From Antedon mediterranea (Eukaryota; Animalia; Echinodermata), in contig NC_092670.1 in NCBI RefSeq assembly GCF_964355755.1, forward strand, positions 25,592,795 through 25,656,794: 64,000 bases of DNA. Direction: 5' to 3'. This document shows, piece by piece, positions 1 to 12,452 of this stretch; positions within the stretch are counted from its first letter, which is position 1; every line of letters starts with the position of its first letter. The translations under genes were made by a program, and so were the position numbers. The notes beneath the pieces were generated by a model that saw nothing but the letters and a program-made list of their open reading frames with translations, was not told the DNA's origin and did no database searches.

Positions 1-1330
1 AAATGTTTATATTCTTGGAGACTTTAACATTGACATTCTTAAACATGAGTCTGACAGTACTGCCCGTCAATTCATTAATGGTATCATCCAGAATAACGCA
101 ATCCACAGCCTCATTATTAGATAATATTGATAGTCAAATAAATTTGATTGTTCTCACATAAGTGGTTTGCTATAAGTGATATCTCTGATCATCTCCCTGT
201 TTTTAATATTTCCAACCTCTTTGATGCTGTAGCCACTATCTCAAACAAGGAAGAGATCCCTTCTGTCAGGCAGATTAACAATACGTCTCTTAACAACTTT
301 ACCATGATGTTTCTAATGAAACTTGGTTTGATATCCTTAATTTTAATGATCCTGACTTTGCTTATGACCTCTTTGATAACACACTTAAAGCCCTTTATGA
401 CCAACACTTCCCGTTACTGAAAAGGAACAATACAAACAATAATAACAAAATTAAATCTTGGATGTCAAATGGTCTGCTCTAATCAATAAAGCATAAACAT
501 AAACTCTATGCTAAATTTCTTCAAAGCCTTTCTCCTGCCAATGAAATTAAATATAAACAATATTGTAATAAACTTAACTTCACTATCAAAAATGCCAAAA
601 GAATCCACTTCCATGATATTTTCACCAAGAAAACAAAATATTCAAACTCTTTTTGACACCTTTAATACCAACATTATTTTACCTGTGTCCCAGTACTTTG
701 CAGCTAACAAACTCTCCCTCAATTATTAAAAATGTAGCTACATCCTATTTGGAACCCCACAGTTGACTAGAGGTATTAATGTGTTCCCACTTAAAATCTT
801 TATTGATAATCATGAAATCCTCTCTGTAAAGTCTATTAAATTTCTTGGTGTTAGCATTGACAACTGCCTCTCATGGAAACCCCATATCCAGGAAACTGAG
901 ATCAAGGTTTCTAAGAACTTAAGATCATTTCTACCTTCCTCCCAACTAATATTCTCAGAACCCTTTATTGCACTCTCATTCTTCCTTATTTGAGCTATGG
1001 TAATATTGTCTGGGCAAACACTTACCCAACAAACATCAATAAACTCTCTATTCTACAAAAAAAAAGCTATATCTATATATAGACTATATCTGGCACTCAT
1101 GCACTTTTGAATTCCTCCCCATTTATTTTCCAAACTCGATCTTCTCAAACTCTCGGACATTAACCTATCCCAGCAAGGTGTTTTTGTTTTTTTGGCTACT
1201 CGCTCCATTCTCCCTTACCATCTCAATGACTTATTCGCTCCCAATAATACCGTTCATAAATATGACACTAGAAATAACATGTATATCCAAACCACAACAC
1301 AAACTATTTTCAACACAGCATTAAATATTC
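1..1330 (+). mobile_element. Decayed non-LTR retrotransposon (L2/CR1-group LINE ORF2 remnant) in a VPS35L intron
   Basis: Frameshifted fragments read ILGDFNIDILK (endonuclease-like), SDISDHLPVF, FAANKLSLN, KFLGVSIDNCLSWKPHI and LILPYLSYGNIVWANTY, which are typical of LINE ORF2. Many stops and deletions. Confidence 0.8.
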
Positions 1331-1463
1331 TAAACCACTCAGTTTTTTAGAATGTTGGTGTTGTGAAAAAAAGAATGTTTATTTCAGATTTGAACTCCCT
1401 AAATTCAGTTGCCAAGCATCTTCTTAACCACATATTTAAAAGAGTTCAATTTACTTTTTAAAG

Positions 1464-4400
1464 GCAAGCTTGTATACGATAGGATCCGCCGCAAGTCTAC
1501 CTATCAGCCATCTGGTAGCAGTATTCCTCAGATGTTGCCAGAGAAGTTCACACCAGATCAAGTGCCAGATTCAGCTAAAGAAACTTGTCGTAATTGGTTC
1601 TTTAAAATTGCCTCAATTAGAGAGCTCATACCCAGATTGTATCCTTTAATAATTCTTATTTTACAATTTGTTAAATAGATTGACTGCTTCTTTTTATTTT
1701 AATCTTAATTTTATTCTTAAAACAATAGTAATTTTTGGAACTGCTAAACTTGATATACTGTACGGTAAGATTACTCTTAGGGGAGGAGCATGTATTTTCA
1801 ATAATGATAATCTTGTCCATGATATTGTGTAAGCCGTTAAATAAATAAATATGCTTTACCAAAGTTTCTGTAAAATGTTTCCTCAACTCTCTTTTAAGAT
1901 ATGTTGAAGTGGCAATTATGAAATGCTATGGTTTTTTAACAACTGGGTAAGAATATTTTTTAATGAAAAATTGTGATTGTGTAGTTTTTGCTGCAAAGAA
2001 AACTATATTATTCAAGACTGTTAACAAATTCACATAAACTTTTCCATTATAGAGAATACTCTCAAGCTCTTTTAAGATTAACCAATCAGATGCGAGGTAT
2101 CGGTGACCCACTCGTAGCCATATATGCAAGAGGTTATCTATGTCGGGTAGGTGTTCAATTATTGTTTGAAAAGATAATTATAAAGATTGAATATATATAT
2201 ATCGGTTCAACCTGCAATAGATGATAGTACATTGCTATTAATACACTAAATATAATTAAAGTTATATTTTAAAAATTTAGGTTGGAGTTGCAGTAGCACC
2301 TGATGTAAAAGATCATCTTATCAACAACTTCTTTGATTTTCTCTCTACTTATACACAAGTGAGTATAAAGTACTGTATATTCTCAGGATCATAGAAATAT
2401 TTGGTAATACAGTATCTCATTTGTATCATATGTTGTGCCTGTATCATCATCATTATGGTATATGATACTAGGAGATACATGTATTACCAAATATTTGTCA
2501 TACTGAAGAAATCTAGATACCGGGAACCGGGCGGTATATTACTAAAAAACAATTAACTGACAAAATAAAGAATTCTACAATCATGCTTGTGATATGAGAA
2601 TCCCTATTTGTCACTTTATGGTTCTGTTGTATGATTCACAGCTTCAAAAAGACTCTGTGCAGAACATACTGGCGATACAAAGATTGGAAATGGTCAACTA
2701 CTTATCACTGTACTCACCAGCATTGGATTGGATCCTACAGTGTATTGCTCACAAGGCATCTGAGGTAAATATACTCAGATGTAGGAGGAATGGGTTTGTG
2801 TTTCACAGTGAATAATTATGACCAAGAAAAGAACCCAATCTTTAAATACTTGGATTAAGGCACTAATTATTGAATTGAAATATGTTGAAGGTCAGCAGCT
2901 AGAGCGACTGCTCAGAATTGAATTGTCTCTGGAATTGTGTTACTTCTTTTGCAGAAAATTCAAATGGTTCATTGTACTTTAATGTTTTTGAAAAAATATA
3001 TATTAACAATTTTTTTTTACTGCAGGAAACCCTGACAGAAATTTTGGCCAAATGCAAGAAACAGTGCAATAGGTAAACTATCATCTTTATACAATTATTT
3101 TTTTACTACAAGATACAATTTATTTTATATTTGAATGTTAATTGTGAAATGTATTAAAATCAGTTTACTTTATTTTACCTACTTTTAGTGCATTGCTGTT
3201 GAACTCTATAATGTCAGCATTCAAACCTGAATTTATCTCCAAGAGGGCGCTAGGATTCACAGAGCTTATTAAAGAATGCGAAGAAGCTGGCTTTCCAAAG
3301 GTAACTGCCATTATGGTATTCAAAGTCTGTGTTCCTATCATAATATAATGCACAATTTTTTAGGGGTTATGCACTAAAGGCTTTCAAACTTCGCAATTAA
3401 TTTAAATTACAGTTTATGCGTGAATACCTTTCTCTTAAATGTTTATTTGAATTTTTGCCCGATCGTACCGATCTTTCATGAGGTGCAATTGCTGCCTTAC
3501 TTATATACTTGTAACCCAAAGAATTAAACATTTTTTGCATAAGTAATGGTCAACAGCAAAATCTAAAAAAATGTTCTAAAGCTCTATCTACACTGTCAAA
3601 CTAGTTTGACAAAAGAAGTGTGATGTGCCAAAATGTGGTAGTGATATGACATCATCATGTCTCTATATGGGCACATCACAGTTTGATAGTTTAGACAAGG
3701 TTTCCAAGAACTTCAACTTCATCAACAAAAAAAACCATAAAATATCCTGATGATGATGAATGAATTTCAACGAAATGGTCTTAATCCTGTTGTGTATCAT
3801 TCCTTGAGAGTGTGTATTAGAGTATTTGTATAAATTGCAATTTCTTCCCAGCATCATCTATATTCCTCACTGGGAACCAATCTTGTTTTGGCTGACCCAC
3901 CAGAAGACCAACGACTTACTGTGCTCAATGAAGTGTGGAAAGTGGTTATGAAACAAAAAGTACCAAAGGTTAGAAAGAAATTAATGGATTTTACTATTAA
4001 CTAGTATTAAGTAATATACTATGTTGAAAAAATGCAAGCATTAGTTTTATTTGTATCATAAATGATTGAACTTCTTAATTAACTGTAGCTTTATATTTGT
4101 TGCTTTATTTTCTGTAGGAGTATATCAACTGTGCTGAGGTGTGGGTGGAGTATCCTTGTAAGCATTTCACTGTGAGTAAACACACATCAGTATGTAGAAA
4201 TATAGTCATCTCTCCCAAAGCACTTCATAAAAACTGCTCCAATAAGAACTACATTAGTTTTTAATTATTTCATAAAATACTAAATGTACAAACTTAAAAC
4301 AAATAGTGTTATTTAACCTTAAATATCAATTTGTTGTAGAAAAGAGAGGTGAACACTATATTAGGTGACATCATTAAACACATGACACCAAACCGTGCCT

Positions 4401-7400
4401 TTGAAGATAGCTATCAACAGGTAAGGCAGAATGAAAAGCATATGATAGACAACACTATAAAAATTATGCTATAAAGATGACAGAGATGGGCAGGCAAATC
4501 AATATAATTTTTTGATGAAAATATAAAAGGGATGATAACAAGAATTGATGAAGAAATAAAAAGAGAAATAATTGATAAGAATGACTTTGATAAAGATGAA
4601 AACAATGAGGATAATGATGCAATATGATGATACATTTTTAGAATGATAGCGTAATGATAGTGAATAATTGATAATAATTTTGTTTATATTTTTTTTTCTA
4701 GCTTCAATCTGTCATGTCAAAAGTCCTTGCTCACATGCATGATTTCTCCATCTTATTTGCTATGGTAAGTGTATTCAACAATCTAATTTTCAATTAGAGA
4801 AGACTTAAACCCATACCTTCTATGTAAAAATGTATGCATAAATCTTCCTGCTTTCCTTTAGGATAAATTCTTGCCATTCCTAGACATGTTCCAGAAGGAA
4901 TCTGTCAAAGTGGAAGTTTGTAAAAATATCATGGAAGCATTTGCAAAGTAAGTTGCTAATTGTTAACCTCACTAATTTACAACTGAAATGTTTGTTTTAT
5001 TTTGTGTTTATATTTCCTATTTTTAAGCATTATTTTGTGTTCATGATATTAATAAAGATTTATCATTTTTTATCTTGTCTTTATGTCGTTTTTTTTCCTC
5101 AGACACCAAAAGGAACCAACTAACGATCCTGTAATTCTAAATGCTCTCATGTTCATTTGTAGAACCATGCATGATTCAGTCACGTAAGTAAACACAATTT
5201 GAGTGGCGTTTCATACTTGAATTAAGTAACTTACAAATTACTTGAAACTACAGTATAAATATTAGTTAATTCACATTATTAAAATTAGCCACCAAAGAAA
5301 GAAAAAAGTACTAACAAGCATTAAAACTTTTTTTTTTAATTTAGAGCTCTTACTTTAGAAGATGAACGTTCAGAAATAAGTCACTTAATATCATGTTTTA
5401 TCAGAAAGGTAAGTTTTATGATTTGTTTCCTTTTACAAAATTGTTATTGTATTGTTATTTTTAGGCATATAAAAAGTATATTTTAATTATAATAATTCCC
5501 TTGTAGAGATGTTCTCATTAATTAATCAAAATCCTAAACACGATCTAAAGTTAATTTAAATGCCTTTTTGATCATAACAATAACATTAATTGGCGACGAA
5601 AGTACAAAATAGGTGGTGCTGTTGTATTTCAAAAGCAATAGAATAAAAAAAAAACAGATTTTTTTTCGTTTAAAGCGCATACTATTGCACTACATGTGAC
5701 CCACAATTGTCCAATCAAATGACAGGAATTTATTTAGGTGTTATATAATATGTTTTATTTATCTGCCAAGCCCAACGTCCACAATTTTAATATCCCCGTG
5801 ATAACACTTTTAAAACTAATCAAAATGACCAATTTTTTTTCTATCAAGGTGTCTTTTGGAAGAGACTTTGAGCAACAGTTAAGCTTCTATGTTGAAACAC
5901 GTGCTTACTTTAGCAACTTGGATGACATGCTTGTCACTCTGGTTCAGGTATAGAAGAGTTTACCTGTTTAGGTTCGAGTATTTTCACTCTCTATGAGGAA
6001 CTACAATACAAACCAGTGTTAACAATCCTTGTTACATTGCTGCAGTTTATAAGATATTATAATATATGGAAATAGGAAGGGTTAGCACAGTTGACATTTG
6101 TGCCTGATTTATGTAGTTTCAATTTAGCCCTTGCTAGAATTGACTGAATTGGAGGTTTCCGGTTTTTATCATCTTTTTCATAAATAGATTCAATTTTTTT
6201 TTTCAGTGTGTAAATCAACTTGCTATGGAGACCAGAGCTGTAGTGCAAGGCAAACATTCTAGAAAAACTGCTGCATTTGTTAGGGTATTGTACTCTAATT
6301 TTGTTTAGCTGTTTTTATATAGTTTCATTGCCTTATTTGTATTTGTAATCACAGGCACGTCGGAGATATATGACATGACTGTTGCTATCATTTCTAGAGC
6401 ATGTACAACAATTATAAGTACTGTATGTTGTAGTAACAATACATAGCAATCCATAGCATTTGTGTGACAACCATATATTATGTTTATTTTCCCTTGTATT
6501 GCAGCAACTGCTAAATGTCTGTCTGGGATTTTTGTTTTTCAGGCATGCGCTGCGTATTGTTTCATCACAATACCATCAATTCTGAACGTGTTTCATCGTT
6601 TAAACTTGTACTTAGTGTCTGGACAAGTTGCATTTTTAAATCAAGCTCTTACCCAAGGTAAGCCACAAAAAAAAAAAGATTAAAATAGTTTATATTTTTT
6701 GTTTATCAGTATTTTTTGCATTTACAGTACATTATAACTGTAACCTTATGTAATCTGTAGCTGAAGTCAGCCATACAAATATTTTATTAGTTCTGATTTT
6801 TATGCATTTTTCAAGGTGATGCTTTTCTAAAAGCTGCTATTAGCATAATTCCTGAGGTTCCAAGAGTTATCACTATAGACAGGAAGACACGTTCCACTGA
6901 AGGCCTGCTCATCTCTTATATTCAACAGTTCCTATCTACTCTGCTCATTGTTCCAGTAAGTTTCCTTTATTCCAATAATCAAGCAAAATCTAAATACTTA
7001 TAATAACTAGAAAGCCACTCTGAGAGTGCATACCTCTGCCTAGTGTAAACTTCTCCTACATAAGATTTCCCCGGGAAAATATATATATATATATATATAT
7101 TTGTGTGTGTCTTAATGCTGTGTCTGATTTAGGCTAATTTCACTACAAGCATGTGTATGCGAATTTGGTTTAATGGTTATGTAACCAGCCTTTCAACTAA
7201 CATTAGATTCTGTTTACTAACAATAGAACAGCAACGCCAAAAACAAATTGATTAATTTGAAAAGAAATAGGTTTTTTAAAACTACTTGTATCAAAAAACC
7301 TGTAAATTAAATCAATTTATGTTTTAAAATTACAAATAAAAAATTATAACTCTTGACGCTTGTACAAAAATGCTCGTTGGCTTTTGAAAATTCTGTCCTA

Positions 7401-8798
7401 TCTTTCAACACTAGCAGGTATGAAAATTATACTAAAAAGTGGTCCAGAATTAGGACTGTGGTTCGGATTGCCTCCAAAATTTAGTGGAATGGTCCTTGAC
7501 CACATATCTATCTGTATATTCATTTTGGTAAAGATCTTGTATTTAGTTTTTGAGTAATCCTGCTAACAAACAAACAAACACACGCGATAAATTAAATATA
7601 CCTCCTTGATGGAGGTAAATAAACACTGGTTCTTAGCAATAGCAATTCGGTTCCCTTTTGTGTTTCTTGCCAATTTACTCATAACAAATACCATTAATAC
7701 CACTGGGGCTTTCATAGTTTATTTTAAGTTAAATAGCTTTCTACATTAAAAGCTTTGCCAAACAAAATTGATTCGTCCTTAACTTAAGCTGAAATTATTA
7801 TTCTGTACTATTGTTATTATAGGACCATCCTGATCAAGTTTGTTTGTATCTGGTTCGTGGTTTACTTAATATCCTTCAGGACTACACATGGGAGCAAAGC
7901 TCACCAGCTAAAATACAAGTATACATGAGTGTACTATGTCTGCTGACGGCACAGTCCCAAGAGGTGTATGCATATCATATACCCAATGGTAGGTATACTC
8001 ATAAACTCTTAAAGACCACTTTTAAGATAGTGTTTGTCAGTATATACACAAAAATGTCTTTTTTTTTCTTTACAGTTGATTCAAATGACTCGTTTTACGG
8101 CAGTGATAAAAAGTTCTTGGCCGAGGTTAATGGAATTTGTAACACTATTCTTGGCGAAACATTGGATTATCTAAAAACTCTAAATCAATCAGAGGTACTG
8201 TTTACGTTTTAGTTATTTAATAAACATTTGATTCCAAATGGACTGGTTAATCAAGTACAGTACAAACACAAATGTTAACATTTTTTTTTTATTTGCAGAC
8301 TGGGTTGAAACGACAAGCTGCTGCTGCCCTCGATCTCTTTCATCACATTGTTGTGTTTGGTGATATCACTAAGCAACCGGTAGCTACCTTGGCAACAAAT
8401 CTCTGGAATCTTGCCAAGAAGCATGGACATGGAGATACCAAATTAATGGTAAATGTTTTTGTCATAATTTTTTTTTATTGGATAATTTGATAATACAATT
8501 AAAAAGTTTTGAAAGCATAACAGATGGCTATTACTATTGATTATAGGTATCGTCAGAGCCTGATACAGTACCTATCAACTATGACAAACAGTCAATGTAT
8601 AATTAAATTATAAAGTGCTTATTTCTACTTACACCATAGAAACATGGTATCCATTAAATCATGAAGCAATTGATCTTTATCTATTTATTGTTATTGTAGG
8701 TACGTTTATTGGATTATTTAAAGCGTAAAGGAGTGGAGTCAAATGGAAAAGCGTACAAAGAAATAGTGTCCAAGCTTTCACTGCAAACAAGAACATAA
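1464..8798 (+). CDS. VPS35L: VPS35 endosomal protein sorting factor-like (Retriever/Commander subunit, C16orf62); 5' exons lie upstream of the window
   Basis: Exons read as 1464-1638, 1899-1946, 2053-2146, 2281-2358, 2642-2764, 3026-3072, 3189-3300, 3852-3968, 4118-4171, 4340-4420, 4702-4764, 4862-4947, 5103-5183, 5345-5408, 5849-5947, 6207-6284, 6543-6657, 6816-6955, 7823-7988, 8076-8194, 8299-8448, 8700-8798 (TAA). GT-AG sites give a continuous frame. Peptides [80 protein letters not shown] and C-terminal LQTRT match human VPS35L as I recall it. Confidence 0.95.
1639..1898 (+). other. U12-type (minor spliceosome) GT-AG intron of VPS35L
   Basis: 5' site GTATCCTTT at 1639, branch-like TTTCCTCAAC at 1878-1887, AG at 1897-1898. 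Splicing gives in-frame ...IPRLYVEV... Confidence 0.88.
3579..3700. mobile_element. MITE family A copy (TIR AAGCTCTGTCTACACTATCAAAC)
   Basis: Shares TIR and internal GTGATGTGCCCA/ATATGGGCACATCAC sequence with copies at 31160, 32856, 48929 and 58270. Confidence 0.75.
7006..7618. mobile_element. Non-autonomous Helentron-associated (HINE/DINE-like) repeat, copy 1
   Basis: ACTAG end, subterminal ACCTCTGCC, (TA)n tract, (CAAA)n microsatellite and terminal hairpin ACCTCC-TTGAT-GGAGGT. Homologous to 25101-25171 plus 29477-29660 and to 42544-43120. Confidence 0.7.
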
Positions 8799-8950
8799 TA
8801 CAGTGGCAAACAGTTGGCCTGAAGCTGAACGAAAACACAACATTTATAATATTAAAAATATATGATTATCATAAAAGAAATTATAAAAAGTATAAACAAT
8901 AATTAATTTGTCACAAATAGTAAGTTTATTGTAAAATATATAATCTGAAA

Positions 8951-9133
8951 TACGGTAATTAAATCAAAGACAATACCGAACTCTCTGACAATGAAAATCT
9001 TTCCCAAAACAAGACTTTTCTTGAGGTCCAAATTTGTATTTACCATTTAAATACACATCCAGAATAGCAGAATGTCCAGACATATAAGGCCAGCCCACCA
9101 AGAAGGGTGTCCGGTATTTGAAGAGTTTACTGT
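8951..9133. mobile_element. Possible Tc1/mariner-type MITE remnant in the VPS35L 3' region
   Basis: Ends TACGGTAA...TTACTGTA resemble TA-flanked CAGT TIRs. Only one degenerate copy seen. Confidence 0.35.
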
Positions 9134-10829
9134 ATTATATAATGAACTGTATGCAAAAGCAAAGAAAAGAAGAATTTATATATATGATATATGGTACCGG
9201 TATTTACTCGATTGAGACACAATATTGTAATTAATTGTAATGGTAAAAACAAAGTTATTAATTAGATATGTGCTTGTCTTCCATTATGATATTAGGTTTG
9301 AATGATTCAACAACAAATACTATTTAATAAGCAAACCCGTACTAACAAACATTTTTTTAATTCATAACCCATTTCAAGTGTAAAGTCTATATGTAAAATA
9401 AATAAATATATAAATTTTATAATTGATATAATAATTAATTTTGTTGATATTGAAAAGTGCTATCACAGAAAATAACTGCTAATCATGTTAAATTTGTATG
9501 AACACTGCAAGTATACCTATATTTAGTTCTAATGTGTTGTCATCATGTTTATAAAATAATCAATGAATTAATTCACTTTTTATTTTCTACATTGTTCATA
9601 TGAATAAATAATAAAAACAAATACTACAGGTATTGTCAAAATTAATGAATACAGTACTCTATTTGCGTTTTTATTTTTGCCATGTTTTTTATTTTGGATG
9701 ATTTACTATGTAAATATTTTGTTTACTTCATGACATTAGATATTCTCTCGCCGAAAAAGGCTATATTAAAGTTTTAGGGAACTTGCAATACCCTTATAAA
9801 ATAAAAAGCCTAAGCACTTTCTTATTTCAGCGCCAAAACGACGAAACAAATGTGCTTTTGATTAGTCAAAAAGGAAACGTGAGTCACCGTTTAGCAGACG
9901 ACGCAGCCTAGTAGTATAATTTGAATATTTGTCAAGTGTTTTATATCGTCAACAATTTGAAATCATATTTTTTTAATTTATTTATTAATTGTCGCTAACA
10001 TTTATTTTTATAATTATTTTCTATAATCTGTGTAACTATCATACTTTTATTTTATTATAGTTTATATTTTAATTTTAGAAAATGACCTTTTGACAAGGAC
10101 GACATGACCTTACGTTATATTCATTTGCTCTGTGTGAATTATTCTTGTATTTGTCGGAAAAATTTCCCATTTAATCCTGCCATTTTTCAAGGAAGCAGTC
10201 AAATGTCTCGACATATTATCCAATAAACAGAACATGTAATAACTGTAAACTATTACTATCATTTCGAAAATAGTTAAAACGGTGAGCACTACTATTTAAT
10301 TGTTATTTTTGTTAGGTTATCATGTAGATGATAAGCCTTGACATAGGTAAGAGGAACAACACGACGTGCGTTTTACATGTGTTTGTTCTGTTGCTGATAC
10401 CACCACCACACGTGAGAAAATATAAAGCGACCCGAGGAGCTTAGGCCTAGCCTGGCCGCAGCAATGTATTTAATACAGCTGTTGTATTTAGCGCCGTGAA
10501 GTTGGTTACTTATTCCTTATTCGACATTCGTCAATGGAAGTTGGTTCCTTATTCGACGTTCGACATTCGCTAGGCTAGGCCAAAATTTCGAAAATGATAA
10601 TTTCCCAGCGGTAAATATGCCGTGCGCCACCAACCAATCTCCTGCTGTTACTTATTCACTTATTCCCTATTCGACATTCATTCGTGAAGTTGGTTCCTTA
10701 TTCGACGTTCGCTAGGCCGCGGCCGACCGGCTGGCCCAAATTCGTACCAAAGTAGACCTAGTGTAGATGTACCTATTTTATCACAGATTTACAATTTTTT
10801 AGTTCCGATATTACGACCATACCAACGCC

Positions 10830-12452
10830 TCCTGGCATTCCAGAAATGTGCCACTTGCCCCGGCCCAGTGCGGGCAAGTACGGATTTTAAAGCAATTTAA
10901 AATGCGTATTTTTAGTGTTTTTTACTAAGTATTAATAGCACCACTTTTAAAGTGGAAATATGACCACACCCCGACGCCTCGGGCCGGGTTCACAATAGTA
11001 TAGATTGATGTAGAATGGTCCTGACATACCATAAATGTGCCACCTGCCACGGCCCAGCAGTGCGGGCAAGTACGTGTTTTAAAGCAATTTCAAAGAGTAT
11101 TTTTACCAATAATTTCCTAAGAATTAATAGCACCACTTTTAAAGTGGCCATATGACCACACCCCGACGCCTCGGGCCGGGTTCACGATAGTATAGATTGA
11201 CGTAGAATGGTCCTGGCATTCCAGAAATATGCCACTTGCCCCGGCCCAGTGCGGGCAAGTACGTGTTTTAAAGCAATTTAAAATGCGTATTTTTAGCATT
11301 AATTTAGTAAACACAACTTTTAAAGTGGCCATATGACCACACCCCGACGCCTCGGGCCGGGTACACAATAGTATAGATTGACGTAGTATTGTCCTGGCAT
11401 TCCAGAAATGTGCCAATTGCCCCGGCCCAGTTCGGGCAAGTACGTGTTTTAAAGCCATTTAAAATGCGTATATTTAGTGTTTTTTTACTAAGTATTAACA
11501 GCACTACTTTTAAAGTTGCAATATGACCACACCCCGACGCCTCGGGCCGGGTTCACAATAGTATGGATTGACGTAGAATGGTCCTGACATTCCAGAAATG
11601 TGCCACTTGCCCCGGACCAGTGCGGGCAAGTACGTGTTTTAAAGCAATTTAAAATGCGTATTTTTAGCATTAATTTAGTAAACACCACTTTTAAAGTGGC
11701 CATATGACCACACCCCGACGCCTCGGGCCGGGAACACAATAGTATAGATTGACGTAGTATGGTCCTGGCATTCCAGAAATATGCCACTTGCCCCGGCCCA
11801 GTGCGGGCAAGTACGGATTTTAAAGCAATTTAAAATGCGAATTTTTAGCATTAATTTAGTAAACACCACTTTTAAAGTGGCCATATGACCACACCCCGAC
11901 GCCTCGGGCCGGGTACACAATAGTATAGATTGACGTAGTATGGTACGGTCCTGGCATTCCATAAATGTGCTACTTGCCCCGGCCCGGTGCGGGCAAGTAC
12001 GTGTTTTAAAGCAATTTAAAATGCGTATATTTAGTTTTTTTTTTCTAAGTATTAATAGCACCACTTTCAAAGTGGCAATATGACCACACCCCGACGCCTC
12101 GGGCCGGGTTCACGATAGTATAGATTGACGTAGAATGGTCCTGGCATTCCAGAAATGTTCCACTTGCCTCGGCTCAGTGCGGGCAAGTACGTGTTTTAAA
12201 GCAATTTAAAATGCGTATTTTTAGCATTAATTTAGTAAACACCACTTTTAAAGTGGCCATATGACCACACCCCGACGCCTCGGGCCGGCCGGGTTCACAA
12301 TAGTATGGATTGACGTAGAATGGTCCTGACATTCCAGAAATGTGCCACTTGCCCCGGCCCAGTGCGGGCAAGTACGTGTTTTAAAGCAATTTAAAATGCG
12401 TATTTTTAGCATTAATTTAGTAAACACCACTTTTAAAGTGGCCATATGACCA
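10830..12452 (-). repeat. Short satellite arm, about 9 monomers of the 181/190-bp repeat in reverse orientation
   Basis: Reverse complement of the main array, e.g. CCACTTTTAAAGTGGCCATATGACCACACCCCGACGCCTCGGG recurring about every 180-190 bp. Confidence 0.95.

Noticed and set aside
1388-1463. Extension of the VPS35L exon to the AG at 1387 or the ORF start at 1409
   Set aside because: Similarity to VPS35L starts at GKLVY, right after the acceptor at 1463.
10316-10346. 31-nt candidate mini-exon (TTGTTAG...AG/GTAAGA)
   Set aside because: No partner exons were found, and the nearest upstream donor would give a 34-nt intron.
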